DNA of 64,000 nt. It comes from Pseudonocardiaceae bacterium (lineage in GTDB: Bacteria > Actinomycetota > Actinomycetes > Mycobacteriales > Pseudonocardiaceae). The position numbers and the translations under genes were made by a program. Positions 43,225-57,313 of the stretch are shown here, in pieces; position 1 is the first letter of the stretch, and every line of letters begins with the position of its first letter. Location of the stretch: assembly GCA_036273855.1 (NCBI GenBank), contig DASUGU010000036.1, forward strand, positions 11,041 to 75,040. Direction: 5' to 3'. Under the pieces are notes generated by a model that saw only the letters and a program-made list of their open reading frames with translations, had not been told where the DNA came from and made no database searches.

Positions 43225-44466
43225 ATGATGAAGGACTTCGTGGCGACCCGGCCGCGTCGCCCCAAGTCGGGGCGCGTGATCGCCGGTGTCGCGGCCGGTA
43301 TCGGCCGCCGTTACGGCGTGGACCCGGTGATCGTCCGGGTCGCGCTGGTGGTCAGCGCCATCTACGGCGGCGCGGGGGTGCTGGCGTACCTGCTCGGCTG
43401 GTTGTTCCTGACCGCCGAACAGGATGAGGTGTCGCCGTTCGAGGCGCTGCTGGGCAGGGGACGCAGCAGCACGTCGAAGGGGCTCACGGTGGTGCTGTGC
43501 ATCGCCCTGATCCCGGCGGGCGATTTCGTGTTCGGGGGGCACTACAGCACGTTGGCGGGGGTCATCGTGCTGCTGGTCGCGCTGTACCTGCTGCACAGGT
43601 ACCGGGGGCATCTCGGCCAGGTCGACCCGCGTCCGGCCCCCACCGGCGGGAACCAGGAGGCCCGACCGATGACCGACACCAACCCGACCGGCGACGCCGA
43701 GGGCCCGCAGGACGCGCGCCCGGAGGACGCCGGGCCCGAGGACGCGGCGCCGACGACGCGGACCGAACCGCCGTCGTGGGATCCGCTGGGCGCGGCCCCG
43801 TTCGCCTGGGACCTGCCCGAACCCACCCCGGAGCAGCCCGACGAGCCGGCGCAGGCACCCCGCAGGCGCAAGTCGCGGGTCGGCCTGGCCACGGTCGGCG
43901 CGCTGTTCGTGACGGCCGCCCTGCTGGCGGTGTTCGGCCCGTCCGATGGTTGGGCCAGCGCGCCGCACGTGCTCGGCCTGCTCACCGCGATCGCCGGTGT
44001 CGGCCTGGTCGTCTCGGCCTTCCTGCACGGCGGCCGGGGCCTGATCTGGCTGGCGGCGCTGCTGTGCGCCGGCGCGTTCGCGGCCACGTCGGCGGGGATC
44101 AACGGCTGGCACGGCGCGGGTGACAACACCTTCCGGCCGACGTCGGTCACCGCGGTGCGGCCGGAGTACCAGCAGAGCGTGGGCAACCTGCGGGTCGACC
44201 TGAGCGACCTGCCGCCCGCCGGTGACGTGACCACGTCCGTGCAACTGGGCGCGGGCAACGTGACCGTGCTGGTGCCCAAGGACGCGCGGGTGCTGGCCAC
44301 CTGCACGACCAAGGTCGGCGACGTGGACTGCCTGGGAGTACGGACCAACGGGGCGGACAACCCGCCGGTCACGGCGACCCAGCAACCGGCGGCCGGTGAC
44401 CAACTGACCATCCATCTCGGCGTGCGGGACGGCGCCGGCCAGGTGAGGGTGACGACCAGTGGCTGA
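43225..44466 (+). CDS. PspC-domain membrane protein
   Basis: The ATG at 43225 follows GAGGA. It has GRVIAGVAAGIGRRYGVDPVIVRVALVV. It is divergent from the PspC-type kinase, as in the conserved actinobacterial cluster. Confidence 0.7.
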   Translation: MMKDFVATRPRRPKSGRVIAGVAAGIGRRYGVDPVIVRVALVVSAIYGGAGVLAYLLGWLFLTAEQDEVSPFEALLGRGRSSTSKGLTVVLCIALIPAGDFVFGGHYSTLAGVIVLLVALYLLHRYRGHLGQVDPRPAPTGGNQEARPMTDTNPTGDAEGPQDARPEDAGPEDAAPTTRTEPPSWDPLGAAPFAWDLPEPTPEQPDEPAQAPRRRKSRVGLATVGALFVTAALLAVFGPSDGWASAPHVLGLLTAIAGVGLVVSAFLHGGRGLIWLAALLCAGAFAATSAGINGWHGAGDNTFRPTSVTAVRPEYQQSVGNLRVDLSDLPPAGDVTTSVQLGAGNVTVLVPKDARVLATCTTKVGDVDCLGVRTNGADNPPVTATQQPAAGDQLTIHLGVRDGAGQVRVTTSG

Positions 44467-44692
44467 ACTGACTGATCACGACGACACGCAGATCGAACGG
44501 AAGCGGCGCTTTCCCGACCCGGTGAACCTGGTCGCGGGCCTGCTCACCCTGTGGGTGGCGGCCTACGCGCTGTCCGACGGCCGGCTGGGCTTCAGCGGTG
44601 TGGACCCGAGGTGGGTCATCGCCGGCATCGCCCTGCTGATCGGTGTGCTGCTGCTCGGCGCGTCGATGCGGCCGAACAGGCGCAGGCGGTAG
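44459..44692 (+). CDS. small membrane protein
   Basis: 77-aa ORF overlapping the preceding stop, with two hydrophobic helices. Confidence 0.4.
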   Translation: MAELTDHDDTQIERKRRFPDPVNLVAGLLTLWVAAYALSDGRLGFSGVDPRWVIAGIALLIGVLLLGASMRPNRRRR

Positions 44693-44705
44693 GCGGAAGG
44701 TCCAC

Positions 44706-46295
<1,590 letters not shown>

Positions 46296-46393
46296 GGGGC
46301 GGCGGATCCTCCCTGGTGTTCCTGCCGGAATCGTACCGGCCGACCGATGCCGACCTGGTGTGTGCGCGCTCGGCGACGGATCGGTAGCGTGGC

Positions 46394-47674
46394 GTGGTGC
46401 ACGAGGTGGACGCGATCGAGGTGCAGCCGCGGCCGTGCTGGGTCGCGGGCAGCGCGGAGCAGGGCGAACAGCTGCTGACGGTCCACCACCCCTATGACGG
46501 CACGGAGATCGCCGACGTCGCCGTGCCGGGAGCCGCCCAGGTGGAGCGCGCGGTCACCGCCGCCCACCGGAGCAGGCCGGTCCCGCCGGACGGGCGCGTC
46601 GCCGCGCTGCTGCGGGCGGCCGAACTGGTCGACGAGCGCACCGAGGAGATCGCCGAGACCGTCACCGCGGAGAACGCCAAGCCGCTGGCCGCCGCGCATG
46701 CCGAGGTGGCCGACGCGGTGGAGGTGCTGCGGACCGCGGCCGAGGAAGCCGCGCACGTGGGCGAGGTGCGGCCCGGTGCCGGCATGGTGTTGACCCGGCG
46801 GTGGCCGATCGGTCCGGTGCTGGCCGTCACGTCGCCGTCGTTCCCGCTGCTGGTGCCGACCGTCCAGGTGGCGGCGGCGATCGCGGCCGGGTCGCCGGTG
46901 GTGCTGGTGCCGTCGGTCGCGACTCCGATGACCGCGCTGCTGCTCGGTGAGGTGCTGGCCGACACGGCCCTGCCGGTGGGGGCCTTCTCGGTGCTGCCCG
47001 TCACGGGTGCGGCGCTCGCCGGGCTGGTCGGTGACGCCCGGCTGCCCGTGGTGTCGGTCACCGGGCCGTGGCCGGTCGGGGTGGCCGTGCCCGGTAAGCA
47101 CGTGGTGGCGGACGCCGGTGGGCTGACCGTGGTGGTGTGCCCGGACGCCGATCCGGCTGACGTGGCCGCCCGCGTGTCGACCGCTGGGCGGACGATCCGG
47201 GTCATTGTGCCCGCCGCACTGGCCGACCGGTACCTGCCGGCACTGGCCGGCGCCGCCGAATCCGTGCTGGTGGGCAATCCGCACGATCCGGCCGTCCAGG
47301 TGGGACCGATGATCGACGAGACGGCCGCCCGGCGCATGGTGGAGTGGCTGTCCGGCGGCCGGTTGCTGGCCGGTGGCACCACGTCCGGCGCGTGCGTCGC
47401 GCCCACCGTGGTCACCGACCTTACCGGCGATGGTGGTGACGGGCCGGTCGCCGTGGTGTCCGTTGTGGATGATGTGGCGGCCGCATTCCGGCTGGCCGGC
47501 ACGTTCGGTCACCGGACCGGCGTGCTCACCACCGACGTGGCCACGGCACTGGACGCCGCCGCCGACATCGACGCCGGCGAGGTGGTGATCGGTGGGTTGC
47601 CGTGGCCGCCCAGGGTGTCCGGCGTGCTGCGGGACTTCACCCGCGAGCAGGTGACGGTGCTCAGGAGCGGTTGA
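46394..47674 (+). CDS. aldehyde-dehydrogenase-superfamily protein lacking canonical catalytic residues
   Basis: 426 aa with ALDH-like architecture (…[13 protein letters not shown]…, [16 protein letters not shown]). The ELGGK-type motif reads DAGGL, and no Cys occupies the GQxC position (STAGRTIRV). Confidence 0.65.
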   Translation: MVHEVDAIEVQPRPCWVAGSAEQGEQLLTVHHPYDGTEIADVAVPGAAQVERAVTAAHRSRPVPPDGRVAALLRAAELVDERTEEIAETVTAENAKPLAAAHAEVADAVEVLRTAAEEAAHVGEVRPGAGMVLTRRWPIGPVLAVTSPSFPLLVPTVQVAAAIAAGSPVVLVPSVATPMTALLLGEVLADTALPVGAFSVLPVTGAALAGLVGDARLPVVSVTGPWPVGVAVPGKHVVADAGGLTVVVCPDADPADVAARVSTAGRTIRVIVPAALADRYLPALAGAAESVLVGNPHDPAVQVGPMIDETAARRMVEWLSGGRLLAGGTTSGACVAPTVVTDLTGDGGDGPVAVVSVVDDVAAAFRLAGTFGHRTGVLTTDVATALDAAADIDAGEVVIGGLPWPPRVSGVLRDFTREQVTVLRSG

Positions 47675-49229
47675 CCGCCTGGGCGAAGGTGAACACGCGG
47701 TCCGGGTCGTAGCGCTGGGCCGTGGTGCGCAGCCGGGGCAGGTTGTCGCCGTAGTACGCGGTGGCCCAGTCCGGCATGGCGGCGTCGATGTAGTTGACGT
47801 AGGCGCCACCACCGGTCACCGGCGTCAGCGCGTCCCGCACGGCGCTCACCTGGCGGGCCGCGGCGGCATGCCCGGCGACCGTGGTCTTCAGGTAGATCTG
47901 CACGCTGGCCAGGGCGGTCCGGTGGCCGAACGCGGTGGCCGTCGGCGCCACCCGGCCGACCGCGCCGCCGAGGCCATCCACGATCACGTGCAGGCCGGGG
48001 TGGCCGTCGGCGACGTCGGCCAGCCGGGCCGGAGCGGCCACCGGCGCGGCCAGCATCCGGGACGACGCCGCGAACGTCTCGCGCTTCCAGTCCGCACCAC
48101 GGGTTTCCGCCTCACACTGCGCCATCGACATGCCGGCACAGCCGGCGAAGTAGCGCATCGCGTTCAGGTAGCTCATCGGCAGCACCCGCCGGTACCTCGG
48201 GCCGCCCGTCGAGGCGACCAGCCGGTCCAGCATCGGATTGAGCGCCGCTGCGGAACCGACGAAACAGCCGGACACCGTGCACGTCGACCGCCCGGCGGCG
48301 CCCGTGACGTTCAGGTTGGTCCACAGCTCGTCCGGCGCCGAGCGCAGCCAGCGCTGCCAGGCGCCGAACACGTCCGGTACCGAACCGGCGGGGAAGCCGA
48401 GTTGGAACACGGTCAGCGCGGGCGCCGGCACCGTGGCGAACGTGAACGACGTGACGACACCGAAATTGCCGCCGCCACCGCCGCGCAGCGCCCAGAACAG
48501 GTCCGGCTCGGCACCCGCCGACACCGTGCGCGCCGCACCGTCCGCCGTGACGACGGTGGCCGCGGTGAGGTGATCGCAGGTGAGGCCGTACTTCCGGGCC
48601 AGTACGCCGATCCCGCCGCCCAGGGTGAGCCCGGCAACACCCACCGACGGGCACGACCCGGCCGGCAGGCACCGCCCCCGCGCGGCCAGTGCCGCGTACA
48701 CGTCGATCAGCCGCGCCCCCGCGCCGACCACGGCCGTCCCACCGCTGACCCGCACCGCGGACAGCCCGGCCAGGTCCACCACGAGCGCACCGTCCGGAGT
48801 GGAGTATCCGGCGTAGCTGTGCCCGCCGGACCGGGCCGCGACCGCCGTCCGAGACTGGGCCGCTGCCGTGACACACCGCTGCACGTCCGACGACGTCCGG
48901 CACAGCGCGATCGCGGCCGGCCGCCGGGTGTCGTAGAGCGGGTTGTAGGAGCGGCGGGCCAACGCGTAGCCGGCCGAGTCCGGCGTCAGCAGGGGGCCGC
49001 TCAGGCTCTTGGCCAGCGCCGGGAAGTCGATCGCGGTCGGAGTGGCGGCCGTGGTGGTGGTCGGCGCGGTCGTGGTGGTCGTGGTGGTCGTTGTGGTCGT
49101 GCTGGTCGTTGCGGTCGTGCTCGTCGACACCACGGCCGTCGCGCGCCCGCCCGTCGAGCAGCCGGCGGCGACCGACGCCGTCGCCGCCACACCGGCCGCC
49201 ACCAGGAACGATCTCCGGTTGATCACCAT
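47661..49229 (-). CDS. Tat-exported lipoprotein, FAD-linked oxidase (BBE/VAO family)
   Basis: ATG at 49229. It has the Tat motif NRRSFLVAAG, the lipobox AAGC and a poly-Thr linker. FAD-binding region: ARSGGHSYAGYS...GLTLGGGIG. BBE-like end: YVNY...RYDPDRVF. The track ORF up to 50075 is an artefactual extension. Confidence 0.85.
   Translation of the reverse strand: MVINRRSFLVAAGVAATASVAAGCSTGGRATAVVSTSTTATTSTTTTTTTTTTTAPTTTTAATPTAIDFPALAKSLSGPLLTPDSAGYALARRSYNPLYDTRRPAAIALCRTSSDVQRCVTAAAQSRTAVAARSGGHSYAGYSTPDGALVVDLAGLSAVRVSGGTAVVGAGARLIDVYAALAARGRCLPAGSCPSVGVAGLTLGGGIGVLARKYGLTCDHLTAATVVTADGAARTVSAGAEPDLFWALRGGGGGNFGVVTSFTFATVPAPALTVFQLGFPAGSVPDVFGAWQRWLRSAPDELWTNLNVTGAAGRSTCTVSGCFVGSAAALNPMLDRLVASTGGPRYRRVLPMSYLNAMRYFAGCAGMSMAQCEAETRGADWKRETFAASSRMLAAPVAAPARLADVADGHPGLHVIVDGLGGAVGRVAPTATAFGHRTALASVQIYLKTTVAGHAAAARQVSAVRDALTPVTGGGAYVNYIDAAMPDWATAYYGDNLPRLRTTAQRYDPDRVFTFAQAVNRS
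49041..49136 (-). repeat. coding poly-Thr low-complexity tract
   Basis: Iterated ggtggtcgt-type 9-mers on the plus strand encode STSTTATTSTTTTTTTTTTTAPTTTTAATPT. Confidence 0.7.
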
Positions 49230-49254
49230 GCCCCGACCCTCCCCGACACGAACA

Positions 49255-49284
49255 CCCCTCGCACGCTGGAGGACGTGCGAGGGG
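49255..49284 (-). terminator. hairpin between the secreted-protein gene and the FAD oxidase gene
   Basis: 11-bp perfect stem cccctcgcacg/cgtgcgagggg, 17 nt after the stop at 49301. It is followed on the minus strand by TGTTCGTGTC. Confidence 0.45.
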
Positions 49285-49300
49285 TGGTCGGGGTTGGCCG

Positions 49301-51001
49301 TCAGGACACGTTGAGCGAGGTGTCGTCCACGACGAACGACGTCTGCTTCTCGAAGTCCTCGACGCCGGTGAACTTCAGGGTCACCGACTGACCGGCGAAA
49401 CCGGCCAGGCTGAACGTGTGCTGCGCGAACCCGGTCACCGCGTTCTCGTTGCTGAACGTGCCCAACGTGGACAGCACGGTGCCGGCCGAGTTGAGCACCT
49501 GCACCTTCAACGTGTCGAACGCGCTGGTCGCCGGCTCCGCCGTGTCGATGTGCAGCCAGAAGCCGAACGTCGCCGTGGTGCAGCCCGCCGGGATCGTCAC
49601 CGTCTGGGACAGCGTGTCGGTGTGGGCCACGCCGTAACCGTCCAGCCAGGCCACGAACGAGCCGGTCCTGGCGGGTTCCTTGACACCGCTGAAGATCACG
49701 CTGGGCGACGTCGACCACGGGCTGGCCGTGCCGGTCTCGAAACCGGGATTGCCCAGCAGCTGGGCCGACGCGCACCCGGCACCCGGGTTCGACACCGTCC
49801 AGGTGAACGTGGCCGTGCCCGCCGTGCCGCCGGTGTCGGTCGCGGTGACTGTCACCGTGCCGGACCCCGCCGTCGTGGGCGTGCCGGAGATGACGCCGGT
49901 GGTGGCGCTGATGCTCAGGCCGGCCGGCAGCCCGGTGGCCTGGTAGGTGAGCGTGCCGCCCGCCGAGTCCGACGCGCTGATCGGCAGGCGCACCGCCGTG
50001 CCCACGGTCGAGCTCTGGTTGCCCGGATTGGTGACGGTCACGCCGCTGGCCGCCGCGCTGCCCTGGGCCAGCCACTGGGTGGCGTTCAGGCCCAGTGCCG
50101 CGTTGTCCGCCGTCGGGTCGGACCAGCCGTTGAACAGGGTGTTGCCCGCCTGGCCGGTGCCGTCGTCGATGGTGGAACTGTCATCCCAGAACGCCACCCG
50201 GCCGGTGCCGAACGTGCTGGTCACGAAGGTCGCGTTGGTGTTGCCCGGGGTCGCCGTGCTCAGGTACGCCAGCCCGGCCACGTTCGGGTTGTCCGCCGGC
50301 TTGAGGGTGAACGTGGTGCCGTCGGCGATCAGGCTGTGGTGCACCACGCCGAACGGACCGTTGAGCACCGGGTTGGACGGCGAGCTGATGGCCACGGGGT
50401 GGTCACTGCTGACGTCCTTCAGGTCGACCGACAGCCCGAACGGGTCGGTCGAGTCGACGGTGTTGTTGGTCATCAGGTCGTTCGCGATGTCCACCGCGTC
50501 GGCGCCGTCGTTGTTGCGGTCCGAACCGGTGTGGTCGGTGATGAAGAACAGGCCGCCGCCGTTCTGCACGAACTTCATGACGGCGGTCTTCTCGGCCGCG
50601 GTGAGCAGCACGTTCGGTTCGGGCAGCACGAAGACGTCGAAGTTCGACAGGTCGAGCGCGTTCGCGGTGCCGAACGTGATGCTGTTGCCCGGCGGCAACG
50701 TGTCCAGCTGGTACTGGCCGGTCTTCTGCAGCGCGACACCCCAGGACGAGAGCGCCCCGGTCCAGTCGGTGTCCTGCGTCGGCGCGGCGTCCTGCTGTGT
50801 CGGGTCCGGCATGCTGGTACTGATGATCCAGTCGGCGTTGCCGGCGGTCTCTGCTTTGGTGTCGTCGAAGAGGACACGGTGCACGCCGGTCGCGTGGGGT
50901 GTGACCGTGGGCGCAGGCGCCGCACCGGCCGGCAGCACGCCGACGGTGCCGCCCAACACCAGCGCGCCGCACGCGACGAACGCGGCTGTCCTGAAACGCA
51001 T
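49301..51001 (-). CDS. secreted multidomain protein (N-terminal alpha/beta domain, Ig-like domain, C-terminal beta-sandwich)
   Basis: The ATG at 51001 gives the signal peptide [27 protein letters not shown]. The central [39 protein letters not shown] is a putative-Ig (He_PIG-like) repeat. Confidence 0.6.
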   Translation of the reverse strand: MRFRTAAFVACGALVLGGTVGVLPAGAAPAPTVTPHATGVHRVLFDDTKAETAGNADWIISTSMPDPTQQDAAPTQDTDWTGALSSWGVALQKTGQYQLDTLPPGNSITFGTANALDLSNFDVFVLPEPNVLLTAAEKTAVMKFVQNGGGLFFITDHTGSDRNNDGADAVDIANDLMTNNTVDSTDPFGLSVDLKDVSSDHPVAISSPSNPVLNGPFGVVHHSLIADGTTFTLKPADNPNVAGLAYLSTATPGNTNATFVTSTFGTGRVAFWDDSSTIDDGTGQAGNTLFNGWSDPTADNAALGLNATQWLAQGSAAASGVTVTNPGNQSSTVGTAVRLPISASDSAGGTLTYQATGLPAGLSISATTGVISGTPTTAGSGTVTVTATDTGGTAGTATFTWTVSNPGAGCASAQLLGNPGFETGTASPWSTSPSVIFSGVKEPARTGSFVAWLDGYGVAHTDTLSQTVTIPAGCTTATFGFWLHIDTAEPATSAFDTLKVQVLNSAGTVLSTLGTFSNENAVTGFAQHTFSLAGFAGQSVTLKFTGVEDFEKQTSFVVDDTSLNVS

Positions 51002-51104
51002 CTGTCCCTCCCGGTGTCTGATCAAGACGATGTCCAGACTGACCGGGAATCACGAGCCCGCCAAGCGTAAAAAGGCGGAACAATCCGTTAACAATTGACC
51101 CGAA

Positions 51105-52799
51105 TTAACCGTTGCCAGTTTTCGCGATGATCGGCAGGCGTAACGCGGCCGGTGCACTTGACGGGACCGCTGGCCGTTGCGGCGCAACCGGAGTAACTCG
51201 CTGGTACCGGGCGCTCTGGGCCGGCCGGGGATCGGGCTCGCCCTTGTTCGGCCACAGGGCGAAAGCACGTTCCGCCTGTGCGGCAATGGTCAACGCCGGA
51301 TTCACTCCGAGGTTCGCCGAAATGGCGGAGCCGTCGACCACGGAAATGCCGGGATAATTGTGGACCCGGTGATACGGGTCGATCACGCCGTGCTCGGCGT
51401 CCAACCCGATCGGGCAGCCGCCGATGAAATGAGCGGTCAGCGGGACGTTCGCCAGTTCGCCCCACGTACCGCCCGCGACGCCACCGATGTGCGCCGCGGT
51501 CCGCTGGTTCGCCTCGTGGCCGGCCGGGATGAACGCCGGGTTCGGCTCGCCGTGGCCCTGCCGGGACGTGTAGCGCCTGCGGCCGAACAGCCCGGGCCTG
51601 GTGTACGTGGTGATCGAGTTGTCCAGGCTCTGCATCACCAGCAGGATCACGGTCCGCTCGCTCCACCGGTACGTGGACAGCAGGCCCGCGGTGAGCAGCG
51701 GATGGGTCGCCATGAACCGCAGCGCCTGCCGCCACCTCGGCACCGGCGACGAGCCGTCCGTGGCGACGGTCTGCAGCAGGCCCATCGCGTTGCTGCCCTT
51801 GCCGTAGCGGACCGGTTCGATGTGCGTGGTGTCGTCCGGGTGGATCGACGAGGTGATCGCCACACCCCGGCTGAAGTCGCGGTCCGGGTCGACCCTGGTC
51901 CGGCCGGCGCCGATGATCGCCTCCGAGTTGGTCCGGGTCAGTTCGCCCAGCCGGGGTGACAGCGCGGGCAGCGTCCCGGTGTCCCGCATGGCGTGCAGCA
52001 GGTGCTGGGTGCCCCAGGTACCGGCTGCCAGCACCACGTGCTCGGCCGTGATCGTGCCGCGCTGGTGCTTGCCGGTGCGCCGCAGGCCGACGTCGAACGT
52101 GCCGCCCTCGCGCTGCCGCACCGAGGTGACCGTGGTCAGCGGCAACACCTTCGCGCCCGCCCGCTCGGCCAGGTACAGGTAGTTCTTCACCAGCGTGTTC
52201 TTCGCGCCGACCCGGCAGCCGGTCATGCACGAGCCGCATTCGGTGCAGCCGGTGCGTTCCGGCCCGGCACCGCCGAAGAACGGGTCCGGTGTCCGCCGTC
52301 CCGGCTCGCCGAAGAACACGCCCACCGGTGTCGGGTGGTAGGTGTCCTCGATGCCCATGTCGCTGGCGACGTCGCGCATCACCTCGTCGGCCGGCGTGGT
52401 CGACGGGTTGGTGACCACGCCGAGCATCGTGCTCGCCTGGTCGTAGTAGGGCGCGAGTTCCGCCGCCCAGTCGGTGATGTGCGCCCACTGGCGGTCGGCG
52501 TAGAACCGCTTGAGCGGCCGGTACAGCGTGTTGGCGTAGTTCAACGAACCGCCGCCGACCCCGGCACCGGCCAGCACCACCACGTTGTTCAGCAGGTGGA
52601 TGCGCTGGATGCCGAAGCATCCGACCGTCGGCGCCCACAGGTAGCGGCGCAGGTCCCAGGACGTGCGGGCGAACTCGTCGTCGGCGAACCGGCGGCCTGC
52701 TTCGACGACCGCGACGCGGTACCCCTTCTCGGTCAGCCGGAGCGCGGCGACACTGCCGCCGAACCCGGAGCCGACCACCACCACGTCGTAGTCAGTCAT
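51105..52799 (-). CDS. GMC-family FAD oxidoreductase (cholesterol-oxidase-like, ChoD-type)
   Basis: It has the FAD motif YDVVVVGSGFGGSVAALRLTEKGYRVAVVEAG. The position next to guaB3 and guaB matches Rv3409c. Confidence 0.8.
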   Translation of the reverse strand: MTDYDVVVVGSGFGGSVAALRLTEKGYRVAVVEAGRRFADDEFARTSWDLRRYLWAPTVGCFGIQRIHLLNNVVVLAGAGVGGGSLNYANTLYRPLKRFYADRQWAHITDWAAELAPYYDQASTMLGVVTNPSTTPADEVMRDVASDMGIEDTYHPTPVGVFFGEPGRRTPDPFFGGAGPERTGCTECGSCMTGCRVGAKNTLVKNYLYLAERAGAKVLPLTTVTSVRQREGGTFDVGLRRTGKHQRGTITAEHVVLAAGTWGTQHLLHAMRDTGTLPALSPRLGELTRTNSEAIIGAGRTRVDPDRDFSRGVAITSSIHPDDTTHIEPVRYGKGSNAMGLLQTVATDGSSPVPRWRQALRFMATHPLLTAGLLSTYRWSERTVILLVMQSLDNSITTYTRPGLFGRRRYTSRQGHGEPNPAFIPAGHEANQRTAAHIGGVAGGTWGELANVPLTAHFIGGCPIGLDAEHGVIDPYHRVHNYPGISVVDGSAISANLGVNPALTIAAQAERAFALWPNKGEPDPRPAQSARYQRVTPVAPQRPAVPSSAPAALRLPIIAKTGNG

Positions 52800-52844
52800 G
52801 CGACAACGGTAGTGCCGAGGCCATGTTTCTGACCAGTAGTAAGT

Positions 52845-54005
52845 TCACGCCCGGACGGTCAGGCCGACCTTCTGGAACTCCTTGAGATCCGAGTAGCCGG
52901 TCTTGGCCATCGCCCGGCGCAGCGCGCCGAACAGGTTCACCCGGCCGGCCGCGTCGCTGGACGGCCCGAACAGCAGCGTCCGCAGATCCACCCGCTGGTC
53001 GACCGGGCAACCCCGGACGATGCTGCGCGGCAGCGACGGATGCGCGGCCGCGGCCGTCCAGTACATGCCCCGGCCCGGGCTGTCCACGGCCTGGGACAAC
53101 GGTTCGCCGAGCATCACCGCGTCCGCACCGCAGGCGATCGACTTGGCCAGGTCACCACTGAACCGCGCGCCGCCGTCGGCGATCACGTGCACGTACCGGC
53201 CGCCGGTCTCGTCCAGGTAGTCCCGCCGAGCGGCCGCCGCGTCCACGATGGCGGTGGCCATCGGCACGCCGATGCCCAGTACGGAGTTCGTCGCCGTCAC
53301 GCCCTCGCTGTGGCCGTGCCCGACCAGCACGCCCGCCGCTCCGGTCCGCATCAGGTGCATGGCCGTGCGGTAGTCGGCGACCCCGCCGGCGATCACCGGC
53401 ACGTCCAGCTCGGCGATGAACCGCTTGAGGTTCAACGGTTCCTCGTCGTCGGTGGTCACGTGCTCGGCGGACACGATGGTGCCCTGCACGACCAGGATCT
53501 CCACGCCCGCGGCGAGCAGGTCGGGGGTGAGCTCACCGGCCCACTGCGGGCTGACCCGCACCGCCACCGTCACACCGGACTCGCGGATCCGCTTGATCGA
53601 CTCGGCCAGCAGGTCCGGCTGGATCGGCGCCGCGTGCAGCTCCTGCAACACCCGCACGGCGGCCGACGGATCACTCCCGTCGGCGGCCGCGGCCAACCGG
53701 TCCAGCGCCTCGTCGACGTTGGGGTGCCGCGCCCACAGGCCCTCCGCGTTGAGCACCGCCAACCCGCCGAGCTCCCCGATCGCCACCGCGGACGCGGGCG
53801 ACACCAGGGCGTCGGTGGGGTGGGTGATCAGCGGGATGTCGAACCGGTAGGCGTCGATCTGCCACGCCGTGGACACCACCTGGGACGAGCGGGTCCGCCG
53901 GGACGGCACGATCTCGATGTCGTGCAGCTCGTACGCCGGCCGTGCGGTACGACCCATCCCGATCTCGACGAGGTCGCGCACGGCGCCCCTTCCTGGTGTG
54001 CCCAC
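52845..54005 (-). CDS. GuaB3-family IMP-dehydrogenase-related protein
   Basis: 386 aa with an IMPDH barrel but no CBS pair. YELHDIEIVPSRRTRSS...PVIAGGV...ADGGARFSGDLAKSIACGADAVMLG. Confidence 0.85.
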   Translation of the reverse strand: MGTPGRGAVRDLVEIGMGRTARPAYELHDIEIVPSRRTRSSQVVSTAWQIDAYRFDIPLITHPTDALVSPASAVAIGELGGLAVLNAEGLWARHPNVDEALDRLAAAADGSDPSAAVRVLQELHAAPIQPDLLAESIKRIRESGVTVAVRVSPQWAGELTPDLLAAGVEILVVQGTIVSAEHVTTDDEEPLNLKRFIAELDVPVIAGGVADYRTAMHLMRTGAAGVLVGHGHSEGVTATNSVLGIGVPMATAIVDAAAARRDYLDETGGRYVHVIADGGARFSGDLAKSIACGADAVMLGEPLSQAVDSPGRGMYWTAAAAHPSLPRSIVRGCPVDQRVDLRTLLFGPSSDAAGRVNLFGALRRAMAKTGYSDLKEFQKVGLTVRA

Positions 54006-54009
54006 GTGG

Positions 54010-56096
<2,087 letters not shown>

Positions 56097-56131
56097 CCTG
56101 GTCGGTCAGCGGGCGCCGTGCTGGTCGGGAC

Positions 56132-57313
56132 CTAATTGGCTGCCGACGTCGCTCCGGCATCGGTGCTGCTGGCGTCCGGCGTCGCCGGGTTGAGCACCGG
56201 CTGGTCCTGCGGTGCGTTGCCGGCCGGCGGCTGGTTCGGCTGCTGCGGGGCGTCGCCCGCAGTGCCGGTGCTGCCGGTGTCCGGCGGCGGGGTGTCCTCG
56301 GTGGTCGTGGGCGGCGGTTCGTCGGTGGTGGTCGGCGGCGGGTTGTCCGTCGTGGTGTCCGGCGACTGCGGGGACGACGGAGCCGTCGCCGAGTCGACCG
56401 ACGAACTCGGCGGCGCGGCCGTGGTCGGCGCGCCCGGGTTGCCCTGCTGGGGTGTCGACGGCTGCGTGGTCAGCGTCGTGCTGTCCAGCTGGATGAGCAG
56501 ATTCTGTTGCTGTGCTTGGAGATTCGCCTTGCCGTCCGCAGTGTCCACGGACGGCAGCGATGCCCCGGCCTGCACCAGCGCGGAGCGCGCCTCGTCGAAG
56601 TGGCCCTGCTGCAACGCCTGGCTGGCGTAGTGCAGGTCGTTGCGGACCAGCGCCGCGGCCTCGACGGACTTGGCGTGGTCGGTGTAGAGCACCTGCGAGA
56701 TTCCCCACAGTGCGTCCCCGGGCACCGCGTTGCGCGCGGCCAGGCCCATGCCGGTGACCATGATCACCAGCGCGGCGGCCGCCGTCGCGAGCGGTACCAG
56801 GTAGCGCGGCCTGCGGCGGCGCAGCTTCGCGCCGACGGCGATGGTGGCCATCGCGGTGTCGGCGTCGACGAGCTCGCCGATCGGCTCGGCGTCCACGTCC
56901 AGCCGCCAGGACAGCAGTAGGGACTTCAACTCCGGGTCCTGGTCCGGCCCGGTCATCGAGTTGTCGAACGAGACCAGTGCCGACAGGAGTGCGTCGTCGG
57001 AGTGCACGGCGGACAGGTCGACGGGACCGTCCTGTTCCGTGCCGTCCGACCAACCGGTCGGGGTGGGCAACACGCCGAACCGCCGGGTGTCCGCACCGGC
57101 GTTGGTTCGATCGGTACTGTCAGGACTGTCACTATCGCCGGCACGGTCGTACCCGGCACCGCCGTCCTCGCCCCGCACGGCGGGGAACACGGTTGTCGCG
57201 TCGTCGGGCGCCCCCATCGCACCCGTCGACGGCACCAGCGGTTCGTCCGGGGTTCGTGCCGGCTGGTCTCTCCACTCGAGCCCGCCAACCCCGTGCTCTC
57301 GCTGGTCTGCCAC
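56132..57313 (-). CDS. rsdA: anti-sigma-D factor RsdA-like membrane protein
   Basis: It lies immediately downstream of the ECF sigma gene. It has the conserved DDALLSAL...DPELKSLLLSWRLDVDAEP segment, one TM and a Pro/Thr-rich extracytoplasmic tail. Confidence 0.6.
   Translation of the reverse strand: MADQREHGVGGLEWRDQPARTPDEPLVPSTGAMGAPDDATTVFPAVRGEDGGAGYDRAGDSDSPDSTDRTNAGADTRRFGVLPTPTGWSDGTEQDGPVDLSAVHSDDALLSALVSFDNSMTGPDQDPELKSLLLSWRLDVDAEPIGELVDADTAMATIAVGAKLRRRRPRYLVPLATAAAALVIMVTGMGLAARNAVPGDALWGISQVLYTDHAKSVEAAALVRNDLHYASQALQQGHFDEARSALVQAGASLPSVDTADGKANLQAQQQNLLIQLDSTTLTTQPSTPQQGNPGAPTTAAPPSSSVDSATAPSSPQSPDTTTDNPPPTTTDEPPPTTTEDTPPPDTGSTGTAGDAPQQPNQPPAGNAPQDQPVLNPATPDASSTDAGATSAAN

Noticed and set aside
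51026-51104. AT-rich spacer with repeated TTAAC motifs (ccgttaacaattgacccgaattaaccg) as a specific operator.
   Set aside because: The repeats are short and imperfect. It is more simply the promoter region of the secreted-protein gene, and I could not tie it to any regulator.
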